From contig RDOA01000065.1 in assembly GCA_011364925.1 (NCBI GenBank), forward strand, positions 1 to 16,150: DNA of 16,150 nt, in the 5' to 3' direction. Positions 1 through 8,398 of this stretch are shown here, piece by piece. A program made the position numbers and the translations under genes. Under the pieces are notes generated by a model, which saw only the letters and a list, made by a program, of their open reading frames with translations, was not told the DNA's origin and did no database searches. Source of the DNA: Promethearchaeota archaeon. GTDB lineage: Archaea; Asgardarchaeota; Lokiarchaeia; Sigyniarchaeales; SOKP01. Position 1 is the stretch's first letter; each line of letters starts with the position of its first letter.

Positions 1-13
1 GATCATCCCTCAT
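1..13 (-). CDS. Possible start of a gene running off the left edge
   Basis: ATG AGG GAT GAT at 13..2 on the - strand, with a TTAAATAT box (35-42) about 25 nt upstream. Confidence 0.25.
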
Positions 14-52
14 GGTATAAATAGTAAAAAATGCATATTTAAGATTTATGAC

Positions 53-59
53 AAAAAAA
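53..59 (-). terminator. Oligo-T (T7) putative archaeal terminator downstream of gapN
   Basis: A7 run on the + strand, about 65 nt past the gapN stop. An 8-bp inverted repeat (79-86/110-117) lies between them. Confidence 0.35.
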
Positions 60-122
60 TCGAAATTACGAATTAACGATGTTACACTATAAATTGTCGA
101 ACACTGTTCTGTAACATACTTC

Positions 123-1631
123 TTATTTGCATAGTTTTATCAATTTTCCTTTATCCGATAAGTTCAATACCATTCCTTTAGGTCTACTCATTGCTTCAAT
201 CGAATATTTGATCCCTTGCGTTCCCAGCCCCGATGATTTGGTACCTAAAAACGGAAAGTGGTCTGGTCCTCTCTCGCTCCTTCCGTTTATTTGTACAATG
301 CCTACTTCTAACTCTTGCGCGATGTGAAACGCTAAATCGATGTTTTCAGTGAATATCATCCCTTGTAATCCGTATTCAGACTTATTTGATATTTCTATTG
401 CTTCTTGGATATTTTTCGTTCGAATAAAAGGTAACACCGGTCCAAACGGTTCTTCCCAAGCAATTCGCATCTCGGTTGTAACATTGTCTAGCAATGTTGG
501 CCACATGATATTTCCTTCTCGCTTATTTCCACATAGTAATGTAGCACCTTTTTCTAAAGCATCATCTATCAATCCTTGAACGAAATCACATTGTATTGAA
601 CTTATAAGCGGTCCGATTGTAGCATTTTCCTCAGGATTTCCAATCGATAAATTCAATGTTTTTTCCTTGACTAATTTGATAAGGTCGTCAGCAATTCCGG
701 GCATTGGAAGGACTCGTTTTACAGCAGTACATCTTTGCCCGCTGTACGAGAAAGCTCCCGAAACAATAGCTTTTGTGGTTAGTTCTAAATCTGCATCGTT
801 TAACACGATTGCAGCATCCTTTCCACCTAATTCTAACAGCAATGGTTTCATTCCGGCAACGCTTGCAAGATGTTTCCCCGTTTCAGAGGATCCAGTGAAG
901 CTTATCATGTTAATTAAAGGGTGTTGTACTAAATAGTCTCCAATTTCAGATCCTTTCCCTGTGATTATGTTAAAAACACCGGGAGGAACTCCAGCTTTCT
1001 CTAAAATCAACCCAAAAAATAAAGGAGAAATTGCGCCTTGGGAAGGTGGTTTAACTACAACGGTATTTCCGGCCATTAATGCAGGAGCTATTTTAGATCC
1101 AGTAAGATTAAATGGATAGTTAAAAGGACCAATACAAAGAATCACGCCTAAAGGTACTCGGTAGGTTATTGACATTTTATCTCGACTAAAACCTTTAAAC
1201 GTGTCCCCGTAAATAGCTTCCCCCTCTTGTTGCAATCCAGCTTCGGCAGTAGCTTCAAAAAACTCGGCAGTTCGGAGTATTTCTGAAATAGCGCTTTTTA
1301 GCGGCTTTCCTATTTCTTTCATCATAATGTAGCCTAAAGGATTAGCCCAATCTCTCATTAATTTAGCAGCTTTCATTAATACATCTGCCCGTTCTCTCTG
1401 AGTTTTTTCGTTCCAACACTCTACACTATCATTAGCCGTAAGTATCACTTGATTAGCCTCTTCAGTGGAGCATGCTTGCACAGTTCCTACAATCTCACCA
1501 TTATAAGGATTTTTTACACTTAGCGTTTTTCCTGAAGACGATTTTTTCCAAGTTCCAGATCCAAAATATTTGAATTCTAAACCGTCTCTCATCACGAGAG
1601 AATTCGGGATTTTTTCGAGTTCTTCAATCAT
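123..1631 (-). CDS. gapN: NADP-dependent non-phosphorylating glyceraldehyde-3-phosphate dehydrogenase (ALDH11/GapN family)
   Basis: 502 aa with ALDH motifs PFNYPFNL, SFTGS, ELGGKDA (catalytic Glu), FSYSGQRCTAVKRV (catalytic Cys) and EEPFGP, plus the GapN-typical RGPDHFPF. SD AAGGTGA lies just upstream of the ATG. Confidence 0.9.
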   Translation of the reverse strand: MIEELEKIPNSLVMRDGLEFKYFGSGTWKKSSSGKTLSVKNPYNGEIVGTVQACSTEEANQVILTANDSVECWNEKTQRERADVLMKAAKLMRDWANPLGYIMMKEIGKPLKSAISEILRTAEFFEATAEAGLQQEGEAIYGDTFKGFSRDKMSITYRVPLGVILCIGPFNYPFNLTGSKIAPALMAGNTVVVKPPSQGAISPLFFGLILEKAGVPPGVFNIITGKGSEIGDYLVQHPLINMISFTGSSETGKHLASVAGMKPLLLELGGKDAAIVLNDADLELTTKAIVSGAFSYSGQRCTAVKRVLPMPGIADDLIKLVKEKTLNLSIGNPEENATIGPLISSIQCDFVQGLIDDALEKGATLLCGNKREGNIMWPTLLDNVTTEMRIAWEEPFGPVLPFIRTKNIQEAIEISNKSEYGLQGMIFTENIDLAFHIAQELEVGIVQINGRSERGPDHFPFLGTKSSGLGTQGIKYSIEAMSRPKGMVLNLSDKGKLIKLCK

Positions 1632-1789
1632 AATCTCACCTTCCTTAACTTTTCTGATTTAGAAAATGCTTTCTTAGATTTTTTAGAACATGATTCTTAA
1701 TAAAATTATTAGTAATAAATCAAAGGTTTTTCCATCTGTCTATTTATAGAGATTTATAATGAGGAATTATAAATTATTATTATAAATTT

Positions 1790-1827
1790 AACCACGAGGT
1801 AGTAGATGGTGCCCCTGCTGCTCGGTT
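1790..1827 (+). other. GC-rich intergenic stem-loop (candidate sRNA or cis-element)
   Basis: AACC/GGTT, GAG/CTC and TAGTAG/CTGCTG (two G-U pairs) close a 9-nt loop. 22 of 34 bases at 1792-1825 are G/C in an otherwise very AT-rich spacer. Confidence 0.4.
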
Positions 1828-1839
1828 CATGACAATGTC

Positions 1840-1847
1840 AAAAAAAA
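1840..1847 (-). terminator. Oligo-T (T8) putative terminator of the flavoprotein pair
   Basis: A8 run on the + strand, about 25 nt downstream of the stop at 1873 on the - strand. Confidence 0.5.
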
Positions 1848-1872
1848 TAATTGAATTAGGTAGGAATTAATT

Positions 1873-2541
1873 TTAGTAAAGTTTTTGTTTTATCTTCTGC
1901 TTTACTCCGTATCTTTTCGCTTGCGATTTCCAGCTATAATTACCGACAAATCTATAAAGGCTATCTGGAATCAGCTTTTTTGACATAAAGTCATGAGCTT
2001 CTTGAGGAATTTCTTTATCGTCCTTTAAAGCTTGAGCTACAAGATCTAACCCCCTAATAAAATTCCTAAACATACCTGGTTTCTCTAAAAGTGGAACTCC
2101 ATTAATTGCGCCACCCCCACCAACAGCTATTCCCCCTTTCCATATAAACCCACATTCTTTAGAGAAAATTCTACAAATCTTAAGAGCCGTATCGTTCTGG
2201 GATGCTTCTGGGAAACCATTATTAGAGATAGCAATAAAATTTTGGGGTTTTTTACTATTTAAAAAAGTTTTATTATCTTTTATTAATTCCATTGCTTTTA
2301 TAACGGGTGCTGGTAAACTATCAACGTACAATGGAAAAGTAAGAATCATTAAATCCATAGCTTCAATTTCGTTCAGTAGATTTTTCACTTTCTCTTCACG
2401 ATTTACGACTCTATGTATAAATAATTTTTCGCTTGTCGTCCCAGATTCTTCTAGTTTTGAGATTAAATAATTCCCTAAGGATGCAGATGTGCTTTGTTCG
2501 ACTTTTGGACTACCCACTAATAGGAGTGCTTTTTCGATCAT
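1873..2541 (-). CDS. Flavodoxin-fold NAD(P)H-dependent flavoprotein (FMN reductase-like), no Fe-S motif
   Basis: N-terminal LLVGSPKVEQSTS phosphate-binding loop, FPLYVDSLP and NNGFPE motifs. ATGA overlap with the upstream gene and SD GGAGG. Confidence 0.8.
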   Translation of the reverse strand: MIEKALLLVGSPKVEQSTSASLGNYLISKLEESGTTSEKLFIHRVVNREEKVKNLLNEIEAMDLMILTFPLYVDSLPAPVIKAMELIKDNKTFLNSKKPQNFIAISNNGFPEASQNDTALKICRIFSKECGFIWKGGIAVGGGGAINGVPLLEKPGMFRNFIRGLDLVAQALKDDKEIPQEAHDFMSKKLIPDSLYRFVGNYSWKSQAKRYGVKQKIKQKLY

Positions 2542-3113
2542 ATTTTGACCTCCACTTTTTCTAAAATTGTATTAAATTTGTCAAAAAATTCGGATTCATT
2601 TTGATCTTTAGAAAATGTAATTGCATCGTGAATTGGAGCGCCCATATTAAGAGAATTACGGTGAACTAATTCTTTAAATGTCAATTCTTTTTCGTCATCC
2701 TGATTATTCAAAAAGCCTATCGCAATTATTGATGCTCTGTTTTGATAACGATACAAATGGTGAGTTTCTCCCTCCCTTTTTGTAAAGAAAGGTAAAATTG
2801 TGGGGAGAAACCTGTCAATAACTTTTTTAAGCTCAGAAGAATAACCTCCAAATGTAATTGGGGTAAAATGAATAATGAGATTGCTTTGAACCATTTTTTT
2901 TGCGACTTCGCGACCATCATCAGCCGTTCTACATTCTCCAGGATTTTTTACCCAACAATCAAAACACCCTTGACATGCAGCGACATTTAGATCTCTTAGT
3001 ATAATGGAATCTATCTCAAATCCTTTTGATTTAAGCTTGTCTACTATTGACGAATAAATCTTATCAATATCCGAATCCTGCTCTAAAGTTCCATTTAGCA
3101 AAAGTGCTTTCAT
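2538..3113 (-). CDS. Flavodoxin-family iron-sulfur flavoprotein (Isf-like)
   Basis: CQGCFDCWVKNPGEC (CX2CX2CX7C) cluster motif; TPITFGGYSSELKKVIDR flavodoxin motif. Confidence 0.82.
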   Translation of the reverse strand: MKALLLNGTLEQDSDIDKIYSSIVDKLKSKGFEIDSIILRDLNVAACQGCFDCWVKNPGECRTADDGREVAKKMVQSNLIIHFTPITFGGYSSELKKVIDRFLPTILPFFTKREGETHHLYRYQNRASIIAIGFLNNQDDEKELTFKELVHRNSLNMGAPIHDAITFSKDQNESEFFDKFNTILEKVEVKI

Positions 3114-3223
3114 AATATATAATCTTCAAATTGGTTTTAATAATATTACGAAATTACTTGAGTACTTAAAGTTGAGTGCCAAATTTGCCTTAAAAATTGA
3201 AACTAGATTTAGATTAAAATTTC

Positions 3224-4468
3224 TTAAAGCAAGAATTTTGAAGATGCTATCCGTTTTTTGTAAAAGATCAATCCTAAACTGAAAAAGATAACGATGTATA
3301 TTATTAAACCAAAGATGTACGCTATATTAGAGACGTTACCGGTTAAAACTGTGTTATTTAGGATGCTAAAGCAATATGTAAATGGAATTAGTTCGACGAT
3401 AAAGCGTAAAGGTTGTCCAAATAATTCGATATTTATGAATCCGCCACATAAAAATAGTGTAGCAAGGACGAAAAACATCGAAATTGGAAAAGTAAATACT
3501 TGTTCTGGGATTAGCATCCCAAAAATAGTACCGAGCACTGAACCTAAAACGATTGTCCCTAATACAATTAGAAGAAACCCTAAAAAATCAATCGGGAACG
3601 GGAGTCCTATCCACAAGAATATTATTGTAGCGCCGAGTGTAAAATTTATTATAAGTGACAGAATAGTTGTTGATAGAACCTTTCCGATGTATGTATAATA
3701 AAGGTTTATGTTCGGGGATAAGGCAAGTTCTTGCGCCATTTTGTTATTTTTTTCGTTAAATACAAATGCTGAACCAATTATCATCGAAGCAACTAACGCG
3801 ACGAAACCAAGCGCACCTACTCCAATAGTCCACATTCTTGGGAATGTTGCTCTATTAGGATCAGCATCACTATAAGAATAAATAACCTCTGTTTCATTTT
3901 TAAGCACAGTATCGTAGTAGGCTTTCAATTTGCGTTGAAATCCGAAATAAAGGTTCTTGAGATAATCCTCGTTTATGTTTAAGCACTTTAGTGTAATAAT
4001 AATTTTACCACCGGACCATGAGCTATTTTTCACATCGGAAATAATAGTTTCGAAATTTTCAGGTAAAATAGCTATCATTACAATTTCTTCGCTATACAAT
4101 CGTTCTTCAAATTCTTCTTCTGTTGTTCCTATAAATTCAATGTGGCTTTTTACTATAGTCTTGCCTACCAAACCATTATTGTTGATATAACTCAAGAATT
4201 CTTGAGTATTATTCAATTCATGATTATTGAAAGCATCATTTAGTTCCTTGTTTGAAGCGTAATCTGGAATAACGACAGCAAGAGGATAATTAAAATTAAC
4301 GGCCCCAAAAATAAGGTTCATGAAGATTAAATAAGTTATAGGAAAAAGTAAGGAAAGTATGAATAAGGTGCGGGTAGGACCTCGAAAAATTATTTTGATA
4401 TTTTTTAAGAATTCTTCTTTAATAATGCTTAACGAACCTTTTTTGATTTTATCCTTCGCCTTTTTCAA
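3224..4468 (-). CDS. ABC-2 type exporter permease
   Basis: One N-terminal TM, a large extracytoplasmic domain, then about 5 TMs with LCGGF and IPFTY, typical of ABC-2. Overlaps the upstream permease by 4 nt. Confidence 0.85.
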   Translation of the reverse strand: MKKAKDKIKKGSLSIIKEEFLKNIKIIFRGPTRTLFILSLLFPITYLIFMNLIFGAVNFNYPLAVVIPDYASNKELNDAFNNHELNNTQEFLSYINNNGLVGKTIVKSHIEFIGTTEEEFEERLYSEEIVMIAILPENFETIISDVKNSSWSGGKIIITLKCLNINEDYLKNLYFGFQRKLKAYYDTVLKNETEVIYSYSDADPNRATFPRMWTIGVGALGFVALVASMIIGSAFVFNEKNNKMAQELALSPNINLYYTYIGKVLSTTILSLIINFTLGATIIFLWIGLPFPIDFLGFLLIVLGTIVLGSVLGTIFGMLIPEQVFTFPISMFFVLATLFLCGGFINIELFGQPLRFIVELIPFTYCFSILNNTVLTGNVSNIAYIFGLIIYIVIFFSLGLIFYKKRIASSKFLL

Positions 4469-5655
4469 AGTTTAAACCCCTTTTTAGATATTACATACCA
4501 AATTATTATCGTGAAAGCGATGGTTAAGATTCCTAAAACGCCTAATCGTAATAGCGAATACGGTAAAGAAGGATAATATGTTTCTGAAAACATGATTTCA
4601 AACCAATACGTTCCGGGAAGAAATCTTGAAATAAAATATATCTGTTCTCCTAACATCCTAACTGGAGCAAAACCGCCCATAAAAAACCATAAAAACACTG
4701 AAATAACAATTGCTACAAGGATAGTGGTCATTTTATTTTTAATCCGCAACCCTATTAACCCTCCAATACACGCGTGGATCCAAGTTGACATTATAAACGC
4801 GCATATAACAATTAAGAGATTTCCGCGAAATTCTACATCATATAAAATGAATAACAAGGGCGAAGCAATTCCAACCACCATCAACCCTAATGTTACAGCA
4901 ATGAGCTGTTTTGACGCAATGTAAGCTGTCCTCTTTACAGGACTATTTAGTATCTCTATTATGGTATTATCGTCGTATTCCTTTGCAACATTTAGCGAAC
5001 CAAAAAAGAGTCCGCAGGTTAAACTGAACATACAAATGATCCCAATAACTAAACCTCGAAGCATACTTAGGTTTTGATCAATTACGTAATCTTTTTGAGC
5101 AATGATAGCAAATTGATCAACGTGACCATAAGATACGTGAACTTCTTGATTAAACGTTAAGACAGCTTCGTCTAACCTTTGGAGAAAATTCTTCACGTAA
5201 TCGTCATTTATGTTTTGAACCTCTAAATAGATAATTCCCTTTATGTTTGGATCATTAGCGCTTATATTTAATTGAAACCCTGTTGGAATGTAAATCAAAC
5301 CTAAGTACTCCAAATTAAGTAGCTTTGCTTCAGCTTCTTCGTATGTATCTATATTTATTACGTTAAACCAAGGAGCAAACTCGCTACTCACATTTCCAAT
5401 ATAGTCAGTCATTATATGTGAGTAGGGTGTATCGTCTTCGTCAACAACCATAACTGTAAATGTTTCAGGATCAGTAATTCCTGATAAAGAGGAAAAAACG
5501 ATTAAGATAACAATTGGAGGGATGATTGCACCAAAGAAATACTTTTTGACTCTTTTCGTTGAAATTAAATCTTTTCGTAAAATTGTTGCCAAGTCATAGA
5601 ACCACTGCTTTAACTTCAACCTTACCTGTTTTTCTTTACGATTTTCAGCTTTCAT
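4465..5655 (-). CDS. ABC-2 type exporter permease
   Basis: VVDEDDTPYS and IYIPTGF extracytoplasmic motifs, EYDDNTIIEILNSPV coupling helix, FMGGFAP and FLPGTY. Overlaps the ATPase gene by 11 nt. Confidence 0.88.
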   Translation of the reverse strand: MKAENRKEKQVRLKLKQWFYDLATILRKDLISTKRVKKYFFGAIIPPIVILIVFSSLSGITDPETFTVMVVDEDDTPYSHIMTDYIGNVSSEFAPWFNVINIDTYEEAEAKLLNLEYLGLIYIPTGFQLNISANDPNIKGIIYLEVQNINDDYVKNFLQRLDEAVLTFNQEVHVSYGHVDQFAIIAQKDYVIDQNLSMLRGLVIGIICMFSLTCGLFFGSLNVAKEYDDNTIIEILNSPVKRTAYIASKQLIAVTLGLMVVGIASPLLFILYDVEFRGNLLIVICAFIMSTWIHACIGGLIGLRIKNKMTTILVAIVISVFLWFFMGGFAPVRMLGEQIYFISRFLPGTYWFEIMFSETYYPSLPYSLLRLGVLGILTIAFTIIIWYVISKKGFKL

Positions 5656-6673
5656 TATCTCTAAATTCCTTTCCTGTAAGTTTTAAAAAGACATCTTCAA
5701 GAGTTGGCTTTTTAATCGTGAATTCATCGATAGAAATGTTATGAGAGGTGGTATAATTAATAAACTTTTCAAGAATTTCGTTCAAATCATACGTACCAAA
5801 TACAAATTGAAATAGTTTGTGTTGTTCACTGACTTGCTTTTCTAAAATAATTTCCCCGCCCAATTCTTTTATTAGAAAATTATCAAAAAATTCAGAATTT
5901 ATAACATCTAGAGTTGTTTTAAATTCTATGATTGATTCGGGAAAAATCTTTTTTTGAATATCCGGTAACCTAGCAGGACCTTCAATAATTGATGTATCTA
6001 AAATAATGATGCGATCTGCTAGTCGTTCTGCCTCTTCCATATAATTAGTAGTTAATAATATTGTTTTTCCCTGCTTAGGTAAATCTAAAATGTAATCGTG
6101 AATTGCTTTTCTGGATTGGACATCAATTCCTAAAGTTGGTTCATCTAAAATAATTATGTTTGGCTCGTGAAGTAATGCTCTAACCAGTTGAAGGCGCCTT
6201 TTCATCCCACCTGAATAAGTTCCAACATAATCGTTTTGACGCTCTGTTAATCCAACAATCTCTAACATCTCATCCACTTTTTGATGAAGTTTGTATTTAG
6301 GGACATTATACAATCGTGCGTGGAATGTTAAATTTTCTCGCCCTGTTAATTCATTATATAACGCGATTTCTTGTGGAACGAGTCCAAATTTCCCTACTAA
6401 TTTTTTTCGATCTAAAATTGGATCCAAATTATTAATAGTAATTTTCCCTTGAGTAAGTTTAATTTGCCCAGTTAATAATTTGACTATTGTAGATTTTCCT
6501 GCTCCATTTGGACCAATAATACAAAAAATTTCATTCTTGCGAATTGAAAACGAGACATTTTCTAACGCTGTTATATTGGGATAATCTTTACGCACATTAT
6601 CGGCTTTAATTATAACATCATTACTCTCAGCGTTGATAAAATGTTCACTAGTTACTTTTTTATTAGCTGACAT
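5645..6673 (-). CDS. ABC exporter ATP-binding protein (DrrA/NodI-like)
   Basis: Walker A GPNGAGKST, Q-loop VPQE, signature YSGGMKRR, Walker B IIILDEPT, C-terminal PTLEDVFLKLTG. The H-loop reads TTNY rather than TTHY. Confidence 0.93.
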   Translation of the reverse strand: MSANKKVTSEHFINAESNDVIIKADNVRKDYPNITALENVSFSIRKNEIFCIIGPNGAGKSTIVKLLTGQIKLTQGKITINNLDPILDRKKLVGKFGLVPQEIALYNELTGRENLTFHARLYNVPKYKLHQKVDEMLEIVGLTERQNDYVGTYSGGMKRRLQLVRALLHEPNIIILDEPTLGIDVQSRKAIHDYILDLPKQGKTILLTTNYMEEAERLADRIIILDTSIIEGPARLPDIQKKIFPESIIEFKTTLDVINSEFFDNFLIKELGGEIILEKQVSEQHKLFQFVFGTYDLNEILEKFINYTTSHNISIDEFTIKKPTLEDVFLKLTGKEFRDNES

Positions 6674-6737
6674 TACTAAGCATCTTTATTTATGGTAATA
6701 TCTCTAATTTAACCTATAATACAAAAATATATATATT

Positions 6738-6757
6738 TATACTACTATAGTAGTATA
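6738..6757. promoter_or_regulatory. Perfect 20-bp palindrome, putative TrmB-family operator in a divergent promoter
   Basis: TATACTACTA|TAGTAGTATA. It overlaps a - strand TATA-like TATAAATA (6734-6741) and lies just upstream of a + strand TTTAAAAA (6763-6770), which ends 25 nt before the regulator ATG. Confidence 0.7.
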
Positions 6758-6795
6758 TAGTATTTAAAAAGATTGTGGTTAGTTGAACGGTTTCA

Positions 6796-7647
6796 ATGGA
6801 TAATCTCACCGTACTCTTAAAACGGTTAAATTTCACTCAATATGAAGCGCAAACCCTTGAATCTCTAATAAAGTACCATGTCCTTAGCGCTCACGAGTTA
6901 CATAAATATAGCGGAGTGCCCCAACCCAAAATTTATGAAACAATGGTAAGGCTTCAACAAAAAGGTTTTATTGATATAATTCCGCGAGGAAGAAAAAAAC
7001 TTTTTATGGCTAAGCCAAGAGAATTTATTCAAGAAAAGCTATTAACCTATACGAGAGATATTGAAAAAAGTGGAAACGATTGCGTGAAAATCATCGATAC
7101 AATTTACAGTTCGGAAGAAGCTGAAGAAATCCCTTTTATTGGAGTCGCTGGAACGGAGAGAATTCAGGAATATTTGTATACATTAATTGATACCGCGAAA
7201 ACTTCTATAATTTCGTTCTTTCCGATTTCTCACTTTGACGATAAAATCATATCTATACTAAGCGAACGAGATGATAGCTTGGATATCAAGTTAATCTTTC
7301 AAGATGAGACTATAGCCATGAAGATTCAAAAGAAACTTCCAAATGTGGAAGTGCGCGTTCTTGAATCTCCTGCATTAAATAACATTCAGAACTTTTTTGG
7401 TAAAATTGGAGACTTTCTTCAACCCGAACAGAAGAATTCTTATACATTTCAAATTATAAAAAACATTATAGTAAGATTAGAAGAGATTTTTGGATTAATT
7501 GTTATAGACGAGAGAAAAAGTTTCTTTAAGATTCCTATTCCGATTGAATTACCGATGGCAATTTTTAGTACCTCTCACGAGGTAGTTCAATTTCATTTAA
7601 ATGGAATTAAAGAAATTTTAGGTTCCTCCGTTATAATAAAGAATTAA
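6796..7647 (+). CDS. TrmB-family transcriptional regulator
   Basis: N-terminal wHTH FTQYEAQT...SAHELHKYSGVPQPKIYETMVRLQQKGFI, then LIDTAKTSI and a C-terminal effector-binding-like domain (LIVIDER). Confidence 0.9.
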   Translation: MDNLTVLLKRLNFTQYEAQTLESLIKYHVLSAHELHKYSGVPQPKIYETMVRLQQKGFIDIIPRGRKKLFMAKPREFIQEKLLTYTRDIEKSGNDCVKIIDTIYSSEEAEEIPFIGVAGTERIQEYLYTLIDTAKTSIISFFPISHFDDKIISILSERDDSLDIKLIFQDETIAMKIQKKLPNVEVRVLESPALNNIQNFFGKIGDFLQPEQKNSYTFQIIKNIIVRLEEIFGLIVIDERKSFFKIPIPIELPMAIFSTSHEVVQFHLNGIKEILGSSVIIKN

Positions 7648-7710
7648 CATATTTAAAAACTATAAACAAAGTAAGAATAGAAATCGTACCAGTATTGTAG
7701 GTTTATATAA

Positions 7711-8370
7711 ATGTCTTATGTGTATATGAAAGCTTTGGAAAAAAAGGCAGAAAAATACGATAAAGGGATAAGTTATCTGACTCTTGGACACCTTCCTAAA
7801 ATTAAAAAATATATTTCAGAAAATTTCGTGCTTAAAGACGAGAAAATTCTAGATATTGGCATGGGCACGGGAACCTTTTCCATTCTTTGTGCTGAAAAGG
7901 GGGCAGTTGTTACCGGGATTGATTATTCCGAAAAAATGCTAGGGGTAGCAAATGAAAACATCAAGAAGAAAGGGTTAACAGAAAGCATCCAAATCATGAA
8001 AATACCAGTAATTGAACTAGATAAACAGTTTACGGACAAATCTTTTGATAAAGTAACAGCGATCTTAGTATTCAGCGAGCTTTACCAAGCTGAGCAGGAT
8101 TTTTGCCTTGATCAAATTAATAGAATCTTAAAGGATAATGGAGAATTTATTTTAGTCGATGAGGTTAAACCTAAAAAAGTTTGGAAAAAAATTGTTTATT
8201 TCTTTATTAGAATTCCTTTAGTAGTTATTACATATTTTAAATCCCAGTTGACAACTCAATCCTTAAAAAATATAGAACGAAGATTTAAAAGTCATAATTT
8301 TTCTTTAATTGAAGAAAGAGCTTATTTATTAGATTCTTTGAAATTGTTTAGGTTAAAAAAAATAACTTAG
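7711..8370 (+). CDS. cpaM: Class I SAM-dependent methyltransferase, corrinoid protein-associated (CpaM-like)
   Basis: Motif I ILDIGMGTG, GIDYSEKML, LKDNGEFILVDE. The N-terminus YVYMKALE...YDKGISYLTLG resembles the MTases found next to HgcAB-like fusions (recalled, not searched). Ends 28 bp before the corrinoid gene. Confidence 0.75.
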   Translation: MSYVYMKALEKKAEKYDKGISYLTLGHLPKIKKYISENFVLKDEKILDIGMGTGTFSILCAEKGAVVTGIDYSEKMLGVANENIKKKGLTESIQIMKIPVIELDKQFTDKSFDKVTAILVFSELYQAEQDFCLDQINRILKDNGEFILVDEVKPKKVWKKIVYFFIRIPLVVITYFKSQLTTQSLKNIERRFKSHNFSLIEERAYLLDSLKLFRLKKIT

Positions 8371-8398
8371 AAATAATATCGTATTAGATGAGAGAATA

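Noticed and set aside
79-117. 8-bp inverted repeat ATGTTACA/TGTAACAT as ends of a mobile element
   Set aside because: Only 39 bp in span, with no target-site duplication or transposase. At most a 3' hairpin of gapN or an operator of the next gene.
127-936. Three + strand ORFs (127-327, 340-579, 667-936)
   Set aside because: Antisense shadows of gapN with no recognisable motifs.
1706-1718. TTATTA-G-TAATAA palindrome upstream of gapN
   Set aside because: Arms are entirely A/T in a very AT-rich spacer, so it is expected by chance.
1802-1840. Fluoride (crcB) riboswitch suggested by GATGGTG...ATGAC
   Set aside because: The P1 stem and pseudoknot complement do not match, and there is no downstream gene on the + strand.
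1806-1850. Selenopeptide MVPLLLGS-U-QCQKK by TGA read-through, or a SECIS role for the hairpin
   Set aside because: Only 14 codons, no convincing AUGA/GA quartet on the strand that folds, and no long ORF in the window shows an in-frame TGA at a catalytic Cys position.
2726-5744. ORFs 2726-2920 (-), 3294-3698, 3975-4190, 4592-4924 and 5559-5744 (+)
   Set aside because: Alternate-frame or antisense shadows inside well-supported flavoprotein and ABC genes.
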